Positions 20,232 through 30,294 of a DNA stretch of 64,000 nt are shown here, piece by piece (the stretch's first letter is position 1; every line of letters starts with the position of its first letter). Where the stretch lies: positions 121,519 to 185,518 of the forward strand of contig CAWJBX010000010.1 of assembly GCA_963841195.1 (NCBI GenBank). The letters run 5' to 3'. A program made the translations under genes and the position numbers. A model generated the notes under the pieces. The model made no database searches. It saw only the letters and a list, made by a program, of their open reading frames with translations, and was not told the origin of the DNA. The DNA is from an uncultured Actinomycetes bacterium. GTDB taxonomy: Bacteria > Actinomycetota > Acidimicrobiia > IMCC26256 > PALSA-610.

Positions 20232-20934
20232 TCAGTGGCGGGTGGCGAGGTACGCAGCTTCGATCTTGTCGAGCTGGCCTTCGATCTCGGCGGTCGTTCC
20301 GCTCAGTGTGATACGGCCGCGCTGCATGACGTACACGCGGTCGGCAATCGTGAGCGCCTGGCGAACGTGTTGCTCGACGAGCAAGACGCCGACGCCCCCG
20401 TCGGCCGCGGCCCGCACTGCGGCCAGCAGGTTCGTGACGATGATCGGCGCCAGACCAAGTGACAACTCGTCGGCCAGCAAAATCTTCGGCTTGCGCGCCG
20501 AACGCGCGCGCCAGCGACAACATCTGCTGCTCGCCGCCCGAGCACAGTCCGGCCCGGCGATTCATGATCCCTTCGAGCGCAGGGAAGTATTCGAACGCTC
20601 CGGCCGGCGAGACGCCTGCGACCTTCAGGTTGTTCGCGACCGACATGTTCATGATCACCGAACGTTCTTCGGTGACGTAACCGAGACCGCTGCGGCAGCG
20701 GGCGTGCATCGGCGCGCGCGTGGGTTCGCCCATGAACCGCACTTCGCCTTCGAGCGGCGGCAACTCGCCCGCGAGCGTGAGCAGCGTCGTGGTCTTGCCC
20801 GCGCCGTTCGCGCCGATCAGCGCGACGACCTCGCCCGCGTCGACACGAATATCGACCTCGCGGACGACGGCCATCTTGCCGTAACCGGCCGAGAGGCCGC
20901 GCCCTTCGATCAACGTCGAGGTGGAATCGCTCAC
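20232..20934 (-). pseudogene. livF: branched-chain amino-acid ABC transporter ATP-binding protein (LivF-like), frameshift near 20480
   Basis: Walker A GANGAGKTT and signature SGGEQQML are in one frame. The C-terminus LLADELSLGLAP...LLVEQH is in another. GTGA overlap with the livG stop. Confidence 0.85.
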
Positions 20935-21747
20935 GTGCTGACAACCTCCGCGGGGTGACCGAGATAGGCGTCGCGCACGGCCGTGCTTTCGCGGATCTCC
21001 GCCGGCGTGCCGCTCGCGATCACGCTGCCGAAGTCGATGACCACGACGCGGTCGCACGTCGACATCACGAGGTTGACGTCGTGTTCGATCAACAGCACGC
21101 CCATGTTGCGCTTGTCGGCGAGCCGGCGGATCAGCCCCGCGAGTTCGGCGCTCTCGTTCTCGTCGAGGCCGGCGGCCGGTTCGTCGAGCATCACGATCGA
21201 CGGTCCCGACGCGACGGTGCGCGCAATACCGACCAGCCGCCGCCGCCCGTAGGGCAGTTCATCCGGGTTCTTGTCGAGGTCGTCGTTCAGCCCGAAGGCA
21301 TGCACGGCCGCGACGGCGGTCGACGGCAGGTCGTGCTTGCCGGGCCAGAACAGGTCGGTGAACCACGACAACCGCGACGCGTGCTGGTCGCTCCCGGCGC
21401 GGATGTTCTCTTCGACGCTGATGTCCTCGAACAGTTCGAGTGACTGGAACGAACGCCGAAGCCCGAGCCGCGCCCGACTGCGTCGCGTTCATTCGTTCGA
21501 CACGTGAACCGTCGAGCAAGATCGAACCGCCCGCGGCCGGCACGAACCCGGTCACCGCATCGATCAGCGTCGTCTTGCCGGCGCCGTTCGGCCCGATCAA
21601 GCCGACAACTTCACCGGCCTTCACGTCGAGCGAAACGTCGTCGACCGCGACAACCGCGCCGAACCGCACGGTCAGGTGTTCGACCGACAATGTCGAACCC
21701 GGAAGCGGTTCGACGACCGCGTCCGGCAACGCCTCACGCGTCTTCAC
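20931..21747 (-). pseudogene. livG: branched-chain amino-acid ABC transporter ATP-binding protein (LivG-like), frameshift near 21478
   Basis: Walker A GPNGAGKTT is in the 5' frame. LPYGRRRLVGIART and MLDEPAAGL are in the 3' frame. GTG 21747 forms a GTGA overlap with the permease stop. Confidence 0.85.
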
Positions 21748-23657
21748 GCGGCCGATGAGGTGCAGTCGTTCGAAGAACGGCGCGCGCGGGCACCAAGGTC
21801 GGCGATGCCGTTCGAGTGGAAGATCAGAATGACGAACACGAGTGCCGAGCCGACGATGAGATCCCACTCGGCCCCGAGGTGCAACCAGTCGTGCACGATG
21901 CGGGTCGAGTAACCGCCGACGGCATTGGGTGCGCCGTACACCGCGCCGAGCACGAAGCCGAGACCGCCGATCACCGAGTTCCCAAGGTCGGTGATCGACG
22001 CGAACACGTTGAACTGCTCGTAGGTGATGATCTCACCCCGGAACCCGACGAGGATGCCGGCTACGGCCGCCAACGAGGCCGACAACGAGAAGGCGTACAT
22101 CTTCACGCCGAACACCGAGATCCCGAGCGACGCGGCCGCTCGCTCGTTGGTGCGCACGGCGATGAGCCGGCGCCCGGTGCGCGATCGCCGCAGGTTCGCG
22201 ACGACGAGCGCGGCCGCCACGAAGAAGATGAGACTGACGACCGACCAGGCGTAGGGATGGTTGAACGCGTCGACGTGGATACCGAACAGCTTCACGCGCC
22301 CGATGCGCGTGCCGCCGTCGAGGATGTTGCCCAGGTAGTGCGCATTGCTGAAGACGACTTCCGACACGATGAACCCGAGCGCGAGCGTGACGACGGCCAG
22401 GTTCACGCCCCGCGTGCGCAGCGCCGGGAGCGCGAACACCAGACCCACCGGGATGGTGAGAACGATGCCGAGCAGGATCGCGAGTTCGACCGGCACGCCG
22501 GCGCGTACGAACTGACCGGCGATCAACGCGCCGATGCCGGCCAGCGCCCACTGCGCGAGCGAGATCTGCCCTGCGTAACCGGTCAACACCACGATCGACA
22601 AAATCATGATGCCGGTCGCGAGCGAGATCGACGTTGCGCCCGCCCATGCGACGTTCATCACGCCGAACAACAGCGCGAGCAGCACCGCCGCGCTCGAGGA
22701 TGACGCGCGCGCATGCTGATCTGGCCGCTGCCGAGTTTCGGCAATCGTTCGGCAACGTGCGATCGCAACGGCAGGCCGCGCCCGCCCGCGACAACGACGA
22801 TGAGGATCACAAGGAACGCGGGCGCGCGCGCGAGGCCGCTGATCTGACTTTGATGCAGCCACTTCTGGATGTCGCCCTGGTAGCGCGTGGCCATCGCCTC
22901 GCCGATACCGATGATGAGACCGCCGAGCAACGTCAACGGGAACGACTGGAACCCACCGAGGAGCGCGGCACCGAGGCCGGCGACCGTCACGACGATCGTG
23001 AACGTGGTCACCGTCAGTCCGGTCAACGGCGCGGCCAACACGGCAGCAAAGCCACCAAGCATCCCGCCGACGACCCATGTGAGTGCACCCAGCCGATCGG
23101 GCGACCAACCCATTGTCTGCACGGCACGCTCGTTCTGCGCGCTCGCGTTGATCGCGAGGCCGACGCGCGTGAAGCGCGTCCACGCCCACAGCGCGATCGT
23201 CACGACGACCGTGATCGCCAAGATGATGATGCGCTCTTCCTGCACGACAACGCCGCCCCAGTGGTAGACGTTGTGCGGCAAGTACGAGTTCACCGATTGG
23301 CCGTCGGCGCCGTACCGCTTGAGCATCACCGATTGCAGGAGCCCGAGCAGGCCGATCGTTGCGATGACCCGAACGATCGCAGCTGCGTTGCGCAATGCGC
23401 GTAGCACGACCGCTTGGAACAGCGAGCGCGACCAGACCGGCCACGACCAAACCGACGATGATCGACGGCAGCGTCGGCCAGTTGCGATTCGTTTTCAGGT
23501 CGACGAATGCGATGTACGCGGAAAGCGATCCGATCGCGCCTTGCGCGAAGTTGATCAGTCCGGAGCCGCGGTAGATCAGCACCGCGCCTTGTGCGAACAA
23601 GGCATATGTCGCGCCCGCACCCAGCCCGATGACCAGGAATTGCAGAAACGACGTCAT
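21744..23657 (-). pseudogene. branched-chain amino-acid ABC transporter permease, LivH and LivM domains (apparently fused), two frameshifts
   Basis: The LivH N-terminus (MTSFLQFLVIGLGAGATYALFAQG) and the LivM domain (LTGYAGQISLAQWALAGIGA...) share one frame. The middle LivH part (22712-23407) sits in a second frame. Confidence 0.8.
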
Positions 23658-23672
23658 CGCGTCCTCAGGCGG

Positions 23673-25005
23673 TCAGCATGTGGGTGCGCCGAAGGCGGAA
23701 CCGCAGACCGTCTTGTCCCAGCTAACCGGGGCGACCGGCGCGAAGTTACCTTTCACGCCGGTGGGGCTGCTCGCGTTCGGGTCCCACTTGTAGACCTCCC
23801 AGTGGTTCATGCCCGCACGCTGGAAGACGCCTTGGTGGTTCAGGTTCGGTGTCCAGTTCTCACCGCCGAACATGTTGAGCATCGGGACGTCCTTGGCGCT
23901 CTTCAACATCGAGCTGATGCCCTGACGCGTGAACGTCGTCATGTGCGCGCTGCGGATCATCTCCAACAACGCGTACAGACCGATCCACGAGCGAATCGGG
24001 CTCGCCTTCAAGTTCTCGGGCTGCAGCGACTGTTGGCCCGACGCGGCAAGGTCGGCGCGCATCGCGGCGTACACGGGAACCGTCGTGTCGGTGGCCGGCG
24101 GGTACGACCACATGAACTCCATCTGCTTGCCCTCGTCGCCGAGCGCAGAGACGTCCTTTTGCGAGAACGATCCCGAAGCTCGCGCCGATGAGCAAGGTCG
24201 AGCCGAGCTGCTGCGCGGCCTTCACCGTTTGTACCGCGTCCTGGTCGCCGACGGCGAGGAACACGCCACCCACACCGGCGTTCTGGGCGCCGAGGATGAA
24301 CTGGCTGTAGTCGGTCGTTCCGCCGGGGACCGGCGTGTCGTACGGGAACGTCGCGCCGTCCTTTTGGTACAGCTGCGAAATCAGCGGCTTCAACTGCGAC
24401 GCCGCCGCGAGGTCGACGCGGATCATGCCGATCTTCTTCACGTTGTTCGTGATGAGTGACGACGGCAGCAGGAACGTGACACCGGTTCCCGACGCATCGG
24501 TCGGATACGCGTTCTGGTCGCCCCAGTCGTCCTGCGTGACGTTCGATGCGATACGGGGAATGCCCGCCTTTTGCATCGCCTGGGAGACTTCGGCCTGTCC
24601 CGCGGTTCCTTGGTCGTTCACGGTCGCGACGACGCCGGCCTGATCCTCGGTACGAACGCACGCGACCGCTTGGTCGGTGTTGGCGCCGTCGTCACACGCG
24701 GTGACTGCGATGCAGGAACCGTTCGCGCCACCGCGCGCGTTGAACGCCTTCGCTGACGCTTGGAGCGCGTCGGCTTGGTCTTTCAGCGAGATGACGGGAG
24801 AAGTGAACGTCGTCATCAAGCCGATCTTCAGCGGCGGCTTGGTGGTGTCGCACGGACCGTCGTCCCACAGGCCGAGGGCCTTGTAGTCGAGCTTTTGGGC
24901 GACCGTGGTCGGCGTCGAGTTACTCGACTTACTACTGCTGCTGCACGCGACCAACGTCGCGGACATCATCAGTGCGACTACGAGCGCGACGGCTTTCGAC
25001 GTCAC
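23673..25005 (-). pseudogene. Liv-type substrate-binding lipoprotein, frameshift near 24175
   Basis: Signal peptide and lipobox MTSKAVALVVALMMSATLVAC. The periplasmic-binding fold is split between ORFs 23860-25005 and 23673-24122. Confidence 0.8.
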
Positions 25006-25157
25006 AGGCCTGCCTCCTCGTCGGCCCGCGAACGAGCTCCCCCGGTCGCGGCTGTGCGACCGTATTCCATTTCGACGTCGGTTTCAAAAAACTGTGGACG
25101 AGCCGTGGGATACCCGTGCAGACGCGGTGTTGACACCTTTCGAGGCAAGAATCGGTC

Positions 25158-26081
25158 GTGCCGATGCGCGTTTCGGTTCCGGTGCGGATCTGCGATATCG
25201 GGGGTTGGACCGACACGTGGTTCGGCGGCCCCGGGCGCGTCCTCAACCTCGCAGTGCGGCCGGGCATCACCGTGTCGCTGCGCGCCGGCACTGCGAGCGT
25301 GCCGAATGGTCCGCTCGTGCAGGCCGCGATCGACATGCTGCCGCCGCCCATGGAAGTGGTCGTCGACATCGATACCGCGGTTCCGCCGGGATCAGGCGCG
25401 GGGACCTCGGCAGCCGTCGCGGTCGCGACGCTCGCCGCGCTCGCCGCGTTGCGCGAGGAAAAGCGGTCGCCGACCGAAATCGCCGCGCTCGCCCACCGCG
25501 TCGAAGTCGACATGCTCGGCAACGAGAGCGGGATCCAAGACCAGTTGAGTGCCGCGCTCGGCGGCATCAACTTCCTCGAGATCGACACGTACCCCGATGC
25601 AGTCGTCGATCGGTTGCCCGCGTGGCCCGATCTCGACGACCGCGTCACGCTCTTGTACCTCGGGCGCGCCCACGACTCGTCGGCGATCCACCGGCAGGTG
25701 ATCGAACGCGCGACACCAGTCCGGGCCGCGGCGCTGGATCGTTTGCGCGCGGCCGCGGGCGCGGCGCGCGCGGCCGTGCTCGCGCAGGATCTCAGCGCGT
25801 TTGGCGAGGCGATGATGACGAACACCGACGCGCAACGAGCGTTGCATCCGGGACTCGTTGGCGACGATGCGACCCGAGCCATCGCGTGTGCGCGCGACTC
25901 CGGTGCACTCGGATGGAAGGTGAACGGCGCGGGCGGCAAAGGCGGCTCGCTCACGCTGCTCAGCACCGACGCGCGCGCCAAGGCCGAACTTGACCAACGC
26001 CTGACCGCGCTCGACCAGCGCTACCAGGTGCTTGCCGTGCGCACGTCGGAGCTTGGGCTCGACATCAGCGGGAGCGTTTGA
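25158..26081 (+). CDS. GHMP family sugar/small-molecule kinase
   Basis: GHMP motif II PPGSGAGTSAAV and motif III KVNGAGGKGGS. GTG start. Intact 307-aa ORF. Confidence 0.8.
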   Translation: MPMRVSVPVRICDIGGWTDTWFGGPGRVLNLAVRPGITVSLRAGTASVPNGPLVQAAIDMLPPPMEVVVDIDTAVPPGSGAGTSAAVAVATLAALAALREEKRSPTEIAALAHRVEVDMLGNESGIQDQLSAALGGINFLEIDTYPDAVVDRLPAWPDLDDRVTLLYLGRAHDSSAIHRQVIERATPVRAAALDRLRAAAGAARAAVLAQDLSAFGEAMMTNTDAQRALHPGLVGDDATRAIACARDSGALGWKVNGAGGKGGSLTLLSTDARAKAELDQRLTALDQRYQVLAVRTSELGLDISGSV

Positions 26082-26085
26082 CGCA

Positions 26086-26226
26086 ATGGGGCAGGCACCG
26101 ACCGGGACGGTGACGTTCCTTTTCCCCGACATCGAGGGTTCGACGCGCCGCTGGGAGCACGACCCCGAGGCAAAACGCAACGAGGCCGTCGACGACGCGC
26201 TCGACATGTTGGGACATTCGGACTGA
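26086..26226 (+). pseudogene. remnant (46 codons) of a class III adenylate/guanylate-cyclase-domain regulator
   Basis: MGQAPTGTVTFLFPDIEGSTRRWEHDPEA matches the start of cyclase-domain regulators (TVTFLFTDIEGST type). The ORF stops after 46 codons. Confidence 0.6.
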
Positions 26227-26240
26227 GATACATTCCGCGC

Positions 26241-27065
26241 GTGCTGATGCGACGGTTCGGATTCGTACTCATCTTCGGAGCACTCGTGTGCGCGGCCTGT
26301 TCGAGCAGCAGCAAGTCGTCGAACCCGTCCACTCCTACGACGACACCCGTGGCAACAACTCCCGCGAACCCGTTGGTCGGCTCGTCCTGGGACCTCACGA
26401 AGTACCGCAGCGGCAACGCGATGAAAGCGGCGTCGACGCGCGGCGGTTCGTACTTGACGTTCCGCGCCGGTGGCGCGCTCACGGGCTCGACCGGATGCAA
26501 CTCGTTCTCCGGCACCTACACCGCCACGGGATCATCGGCGGTCACGATCAAGCTCGGCGCGATGACGCAAGTCGCATGCCCGAGCGACCTGATGGCGCAA
26601 GAGAAGGCGATCACGACGAACCTGCCGAAGGTCACCGGCTACACCATCAAGTCACACGTGCTGACCCTCACCAACGCAAAGGGCGACGAACTCTTCACTT
26701 ACAAGGCGGGCGCCACCGGCTTGACCAGCACGTCGTGGAGAGTCACCGGCGTGAACAACGGGAACGGCGCCGTCAGCTCGACCGCGCTGACCGAAAAGCT
26801 GACGGCCGCGTTCCGCGCCGACGACCAGTTCAGCGGTTTCGGTGGCTGCAACACGTTGAGCGGGCCCTACAAGCTCAGTGGCACCAACGGCGTCGCGATC
26901 GGTCCGCTCCGGTCGACGCTGAAAGCCTGCGAAGGCGACGTCGGCGAAATCGAAACCGAGTACTCGACTGCGCTTTCGCACGTCACGCAATGGGAGATCT
27001 CAGGCACGACGCTGACCCTGCGCGACAAGAACAACGCGACCCAAGTCACCGCGCAACGCGCATGA
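26241..27065 (+). CDS. META-domain (HslJ-like) lipoprotein, two META repeats
   Basis: Signal peptide with Cys (FGALVCAAC). Repeated TGCNSFSGTY and GGCNTLSGPY motifs. Confidence 0.8.
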   Translation: MLMRRFGFVLIFGALVCAACSSSSKSSNPSTPTTTPVATTPANPLVGSSWDLTKYRSGNAMKAASTRGGSYLTFRAGGALTGSTGCNSFSGTYTATGSSAVTIKLGAMTQVACPSDLMAQEKAITTNLPKVTGYTIKSHVLTLTNAKGDELFTYKAGATGLTSTSWRVTGVNNGNGAVSSTALTEKLTAAFRADDQFSGFGGCNTLSGPYKLSGTNGVAIGPLRSTLKACEGDVGEIETEYSTALSHVTQWEISGTTLTLRDKNNATQVTAQRA

Positions 27066-27516
27066 CCGAGAGCGAGTGGATGAGTGTCGCGCTCGAGGAA
27101 GCCCAGCGCGCGCTCGAACACGACGACGTGCCCGTCGGTGCGATCGTCGTGCGCCGTTCGACGGGCGAGATCGTCGCCCGCGCCCACAACGCCCGCGAAC
27201 GCGACGGCGACCCCACCGCCCACGCCGAGATCCTCGCGTTCCGCGCGCGGCCGCACGCGCCGCCGGAACCTGGCGGCTCGACGACCACACGCTGATTGTC
27301 ACCCTCGAACCATGCCCGATGTGCGCGGGCGCGGCGTGGGCCGCTCGCGTCGCACAGATCGTGTTCGGCGCCGCCGACCCGAAAGCGGGGGCCGCGGGCA
27401 CGCTCTACAACTTCGCTGCCGATCCGCGGCTGAACCACGAAATCGACGTGGTCGCGGGCGTGTCGGCGGAAGCATGCGGTGCGCTGCTCAGCGCGTTCTT
27501 CGCAAGCCGCCGGTAG
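27062..27516 (+). pseudogene. tadA: tRNA-specific adenosine deaminase, frameshift near 27250
   Basis: The deaminase zinc motif HAEI is in the 5' frame and LEPCPMCAGA in the 3' frame. ATGA overlap with the META gene stop. A tRNA-Ser follows immediately. Confidence 0.85.
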
Positions 27517-27539
27517 CCCGTCCCCTATCATCTCGCCCC

Positions 27540-27624
27540 GGAGGGATGCGAGAGCGGCCGAATCGGATGGTCTCGAAAACCATTGTGGCGCAAGTCACCG
27601 TGGGTTCAAATCCCACTCCCTCCG
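27540..27624 (+). tRNA. tRNA-Ser (anticodon CGA), class II with a long variable arm, no encoded CCA
   Basis: Acceptor GGAGGGA/TCCCTCC, anticodon stem ATGGT/ACCAT with loop CTCGAAA, variable arm, and T arm GTGGG-TTCAAAT-CCCAC. Confidence 0.9.
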
Positions 27625-27628
27625 CTCC

Positions 27629-27654
27629 GGACCGGAATCACTCGATTCCGGTCC
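27629..27654. terminator. 11-bp hairpin between the tRNA-Ser and the convergent nucleotidyltransferase gene
   Basis: GGACCGGAATC-actc-GATTCCGGTCC followed by GTTTCA. The stop of the minus-strand gene is at 27658. Confidence 0.7.
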
Positions 27655-27657
27655 GTT

Positions 27658-28206
27658 TCATGTCTGCGCGAGATCAATGAAGCGCTGCACGCGTTCGTCG
27701 TCGGCGCCGAGATAGCGGACGAGGACGCCGACCGTACGGTCGACGTCGAGCGTGCCGACCGCCAGCATGTCTTCGAGGTCGGCCCAATCGCGCGTCCGGT
27801 TGAAGAACACTTTGAACACCGCAAGATCGGTGCACGACAGGAACGCCATCTGCTCGCCGGCGAACTCGTGGCCAACGGCGCGTTCGGCGGCCGCGTCGTG
27901 GAAGTCGGTGGTGTTCGTGAAAATGTCGATCGGAGTTTCGTCCCACCACAACCGGACCTGACCGTCCGTGAGGCATCGTTTGAGATCCGCGGCCGTGCGC
28001 TTCACGCCCCGTGGGAGTGCCGCAAACACCTCCTCGGAACGCGAGGAATCGACGAAGACGTTCACGTCGATGTCGATCGTGCCGCGCGCCTGTTGCGTGC
28101 ACCACGCGAGCGCGAGCGCGCCGCCGAAGCCGTGCGGCAGTTCGGCTTTCGCAAATGCGCGTTGCAACGCAACGATCTTGTTGACGATCGACGGCTGCCG
28201 GCTCAC
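27658..28206 (-). CDS. minimal nucleotidyltransferase-fold protein (candidate toxin/effector)
   Basis: NTase signature GFGGALALAWCTQQARGTIDIDVNVFV. 182 aa. GTG start forms a GTGA overlap with the HTH gene stop. Confidence 0.65.
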   Translation of the reverse strand: MSRQPSIVNKIVALQRAFAKAELPHGFGGALALAWCTQQARGTIDIDVNVFVDSSRSEEVFAALPRGVKRTAADLKRCLTDGQVRLWWDETPIDIFTNTTDFHDAAAERAVGHEFAGEQMAFLSCTDLAVFKVFFNRTRDWADLEDMLAVGTLDVDRTVGVLVRYLGADDERVQRFIDLAQT

Positions 28207-28526
28207 GGCCTCGGAAACACGGGCAACCGCGCCGCGTGCGTACGGCGTGGCCGCCGGGGGAACTGCTCCGCGAGTTCGAGCGCGGCGCGCAGCTCTCGGG
28301 CGCGGCGCGCGTCATTGTCGACCGTTGGCGTCAGCGTCGCCGTGACGGTGAAGCCGGCTGCCCGGGCGATCCGCTCGAATGTTCCGACGCTCGGCACCAC
28401 CCGACCGGCCTCGTAGGCGACGAGGGTCGCATGCGAGGTTCCGGCCTCGTGCGCGAGCGCCCGCAGACTCAATGCCGATCGCCGCCGGGCGTGTCGGAGC
28501 AGGGTCGCAGCCTCCATGCGACTCAT
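28203..28526 (-). CDS. XRE-type helix-turn-helix protein (candidate antitoxin/regulator)
   Basis: HTH LSLRALAHEAGTSHATLVAYEAGRVVPSVGTFERIARAAGF. 107 aa. Confidence 0.7.
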   Translation of the reverse strand: MSRMEAATLLRHARRRSALSLRALAHEAGTSHATLVAYEAGRVVPSVGTFERIARAAGFTVTATLTPTVDNDARRARELRAALELAEQFPRRPRRTHAARLPVFPRP

Positions 28527-28559
28527 GGTATCAGATCAGATACCACCCGCAGAGAAGCC

Positions 28560-29024
28560 CTACGCGCCGGCGCCGCGCTGCAAGGCCGCGACCTGATCCA
28601 TGATGTGTTCGATCGCGGTGTCCTGCGCGGCGAGATGCTTTTGGATCTCGATCGACTCGTGCAGCACCGCCTCCGCGTCCTTGTACGTGCTTTCGGAACG
28701 GCGGTCGGAGGCCGCGGCCTGTTCGTTCTGGCCGACAATGATGATCGGCAACAACACCAATTGCAGGAAGGTCTGCGCGATCCACGCCACGATGATGAGC
28801 TTGTCGTGTGTCTTGATCGCGGACGGGAACGACACCAGCGCAAGCAACGTAAACAAATACGCGCACCACATCGTGCCAACGACGACGGTGATGAACAGCC
28901 CGACGCGCGCGTTGATGCGGCCGAGCACGTTGTCCTTCTTGACGCGCTGCTCGGCGATCGTCGTCGGCGGGTGCGCCTTCAGCTCTTGCAGGCGAGGGTG
29001 CGGATCATGTTCGTAAAGAGGCAT
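28560..29024 (-). CDS. small integral membrane protein (DUF1003-like)
   Basis: Two transmembrane segments followed by IIVGQNEQAAASDRRSESTYKDAE and a coiled C-terminus. Start taken at ATG 29024. Confidence 0.55.
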   Translation of the reverse strand: MPLYEHDPHPRLQELKAHPPTTIAEQRVKKDNVLGRINARVGLFITVVVGTMWCAYLFTLLALVSFPSAIKTHDKLIIVAWIAQTFLQLVLLPIIIVGQNEQAAASDRRSESTYKDAEAVLHESIEIQKHLAAQDTAIEHIMDQVAALQRGAGA

Positions 29025-29102
29025 GTCAGAAAAATAACGACGAACGGGTTGCGGCGTCAGTGATTCGCGGTACGTTCTCCGCACTGTCCCGGGGGAGGGC
29101 AC

Positions 29103-29272
29103 ATGCGCCGTTGGATGATGTTTTCGTCCGCGTGCGTGGCGATGTCAGTGATTGTCGCCGCCGCGGTACCGGCCCCGACCTGATCGCGCTGCGCGACGTG
29201 TTGAACGCGCTCGACCCCGCGCATGCGTTTCGGCCCGGACGCGTCTACGTGCCGCCGGTGTTCGGCGGCTGA
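29103..29272 (+). CDS. small secreted peptide/protein (uncertain; either 26 aa or about 56 aa after a frameshift)
   Basis: A strong SD (GGGGGAGGG) lies 3 nt before ATG 29103. Signal-like MRRWMMFSSACVAMSVIVAAAVPAP. TGA at 29181, with a coding-like continuation in another frame to 29272. Confidence 0.3.
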
Positions 29273-29345
29273 GCCGAATCCCACCAACAGTTGGCAGGAA
29301 AACGAGCGCCAGGAGCGCGAAATCCGGCCGGCAGTTGGTGGCGTT

Positions 29346-30209
29346 TTAGGACGCAGCCAGACCGAGGTTTTCGTAGATCTCGCGGGTCGCGGGCGACCGA
29401 TTGAGCGTGTAGAAGTGGAACGAGTCGCACGCCGCCGGCCATGAGCTCACGGCACAGTTCGGTCGCCGCTTCGATGCCGACCGCCCGCATCGCGTCTTCG
29501 TCGTCCTCGACCGCGCGGAGGCGGTCTTCCAGCCAGCGCGGGAACTCGGCGCCCGACATCTCGGCCATGCGCTTCACCGACTTCACGTTCAGCACGGGCA
29601 TGATCCCGGGGATCACGCGGGTGGTGACGCCGAGCTCGCGCAGCTCGTCGAGGAACTCGAACCACACCTCGGGTCGAAGAAGAACTGCGAGAGCGCCGAA
29701 GTCGGCGAGCGTGAGCTTCTCGGCTTGGCGGCGACGGTCGGTCGTGCGACTTCGTCGACGCGGGATGACCTTCGGGATGGATCGCAACCCCGACGGAAAA
29801 GTCGCCGACGTCGCGAACGAGCGTCGACGAGATCGGTCGCGTGCGCGAAGTTCACCGGGCGGAAGGTTGAGTTCCTTGGGCGGATCACCGCCGAGCGCCA
29901 GGATGTTGTCGACGCCCTCGTCGCGATAACGGGTGACGATCTCTTCGAGCTCCGCGCGCGTGTGGGCCGCGCACGTGAGGTGCGCCATCGCGGTGAGCGA
30001 CGTCTCACGGTTGATGCGTGTGACGATGTCGTGCGTCATCTCGCGCGTCGAGCCGCCCGCTCCGTACGTCACCGACACGAACGACGGCTGCAACGGTTCG
30101 AGGTCGCGCAGCGTCTGTTCGAGCTGCGCCTCGGCCGGCGGCGTCTTCGGCGGGAAGAACTCGAACGAGACGTCGGTCCGGCGGCGATCTTCTCGGCGAT
30201 CAGCGTCAT
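29346..30209 (-). pseudogene. metF: methylenetetrahydrofolate reductase, multiple frameshifts
   Basis: Conserved blocks FEFFPPKT, SVTYGAGGSTRE, LALGGDPP, IPGIMPV and FHFYTLNRSPATREIYENLGL are spread over three frames. Confidence 0.85.
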
Positions 30210-30294
30210 CGGATGTCGACGATTCTTCGCTGCATCGCCGCTCGCACTTTTGCCATCAAGGTCGTATTCGTACCGCTCGGGCTCGGTTTTGACT

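Noticed and set aside
24925-24975. Nearly identical lipoprotein linkers (CSSSSKSSN-S/P-TPTT) in the Liv binding protein and in the META lipoprotein (26295-26345), as a possible recombined cassette.
   Set aside because: The two DNA stretches use different codons, so this is protein-level low-complexity similarity typical of lipoprotein linkers, not a shared DNA repeat.
25130-25157. TTGACA at 25130-25135 as the -35 box of a promoter for the GHMP kinase gene.
   Set aside because: The only -10-like hexamer (AAGAAT, 25147-25152) is 11 nt away, and nothing suitable lies at 16-18 nt.
29276-29345. A possible att-type direct repeat of the tRNA-Ser 3' end that would delimit an integrated islet (27.6-29.3 kb).
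   Set aside because: Only 8 nt (AATCCCAC) match the tRNA T-arm region. There is no integrase, and composition does not visibly differ from the surroundings. The local CCACCAAC...GTTGGTGG inverted repeat is better explained as a terminator between convergent genes.
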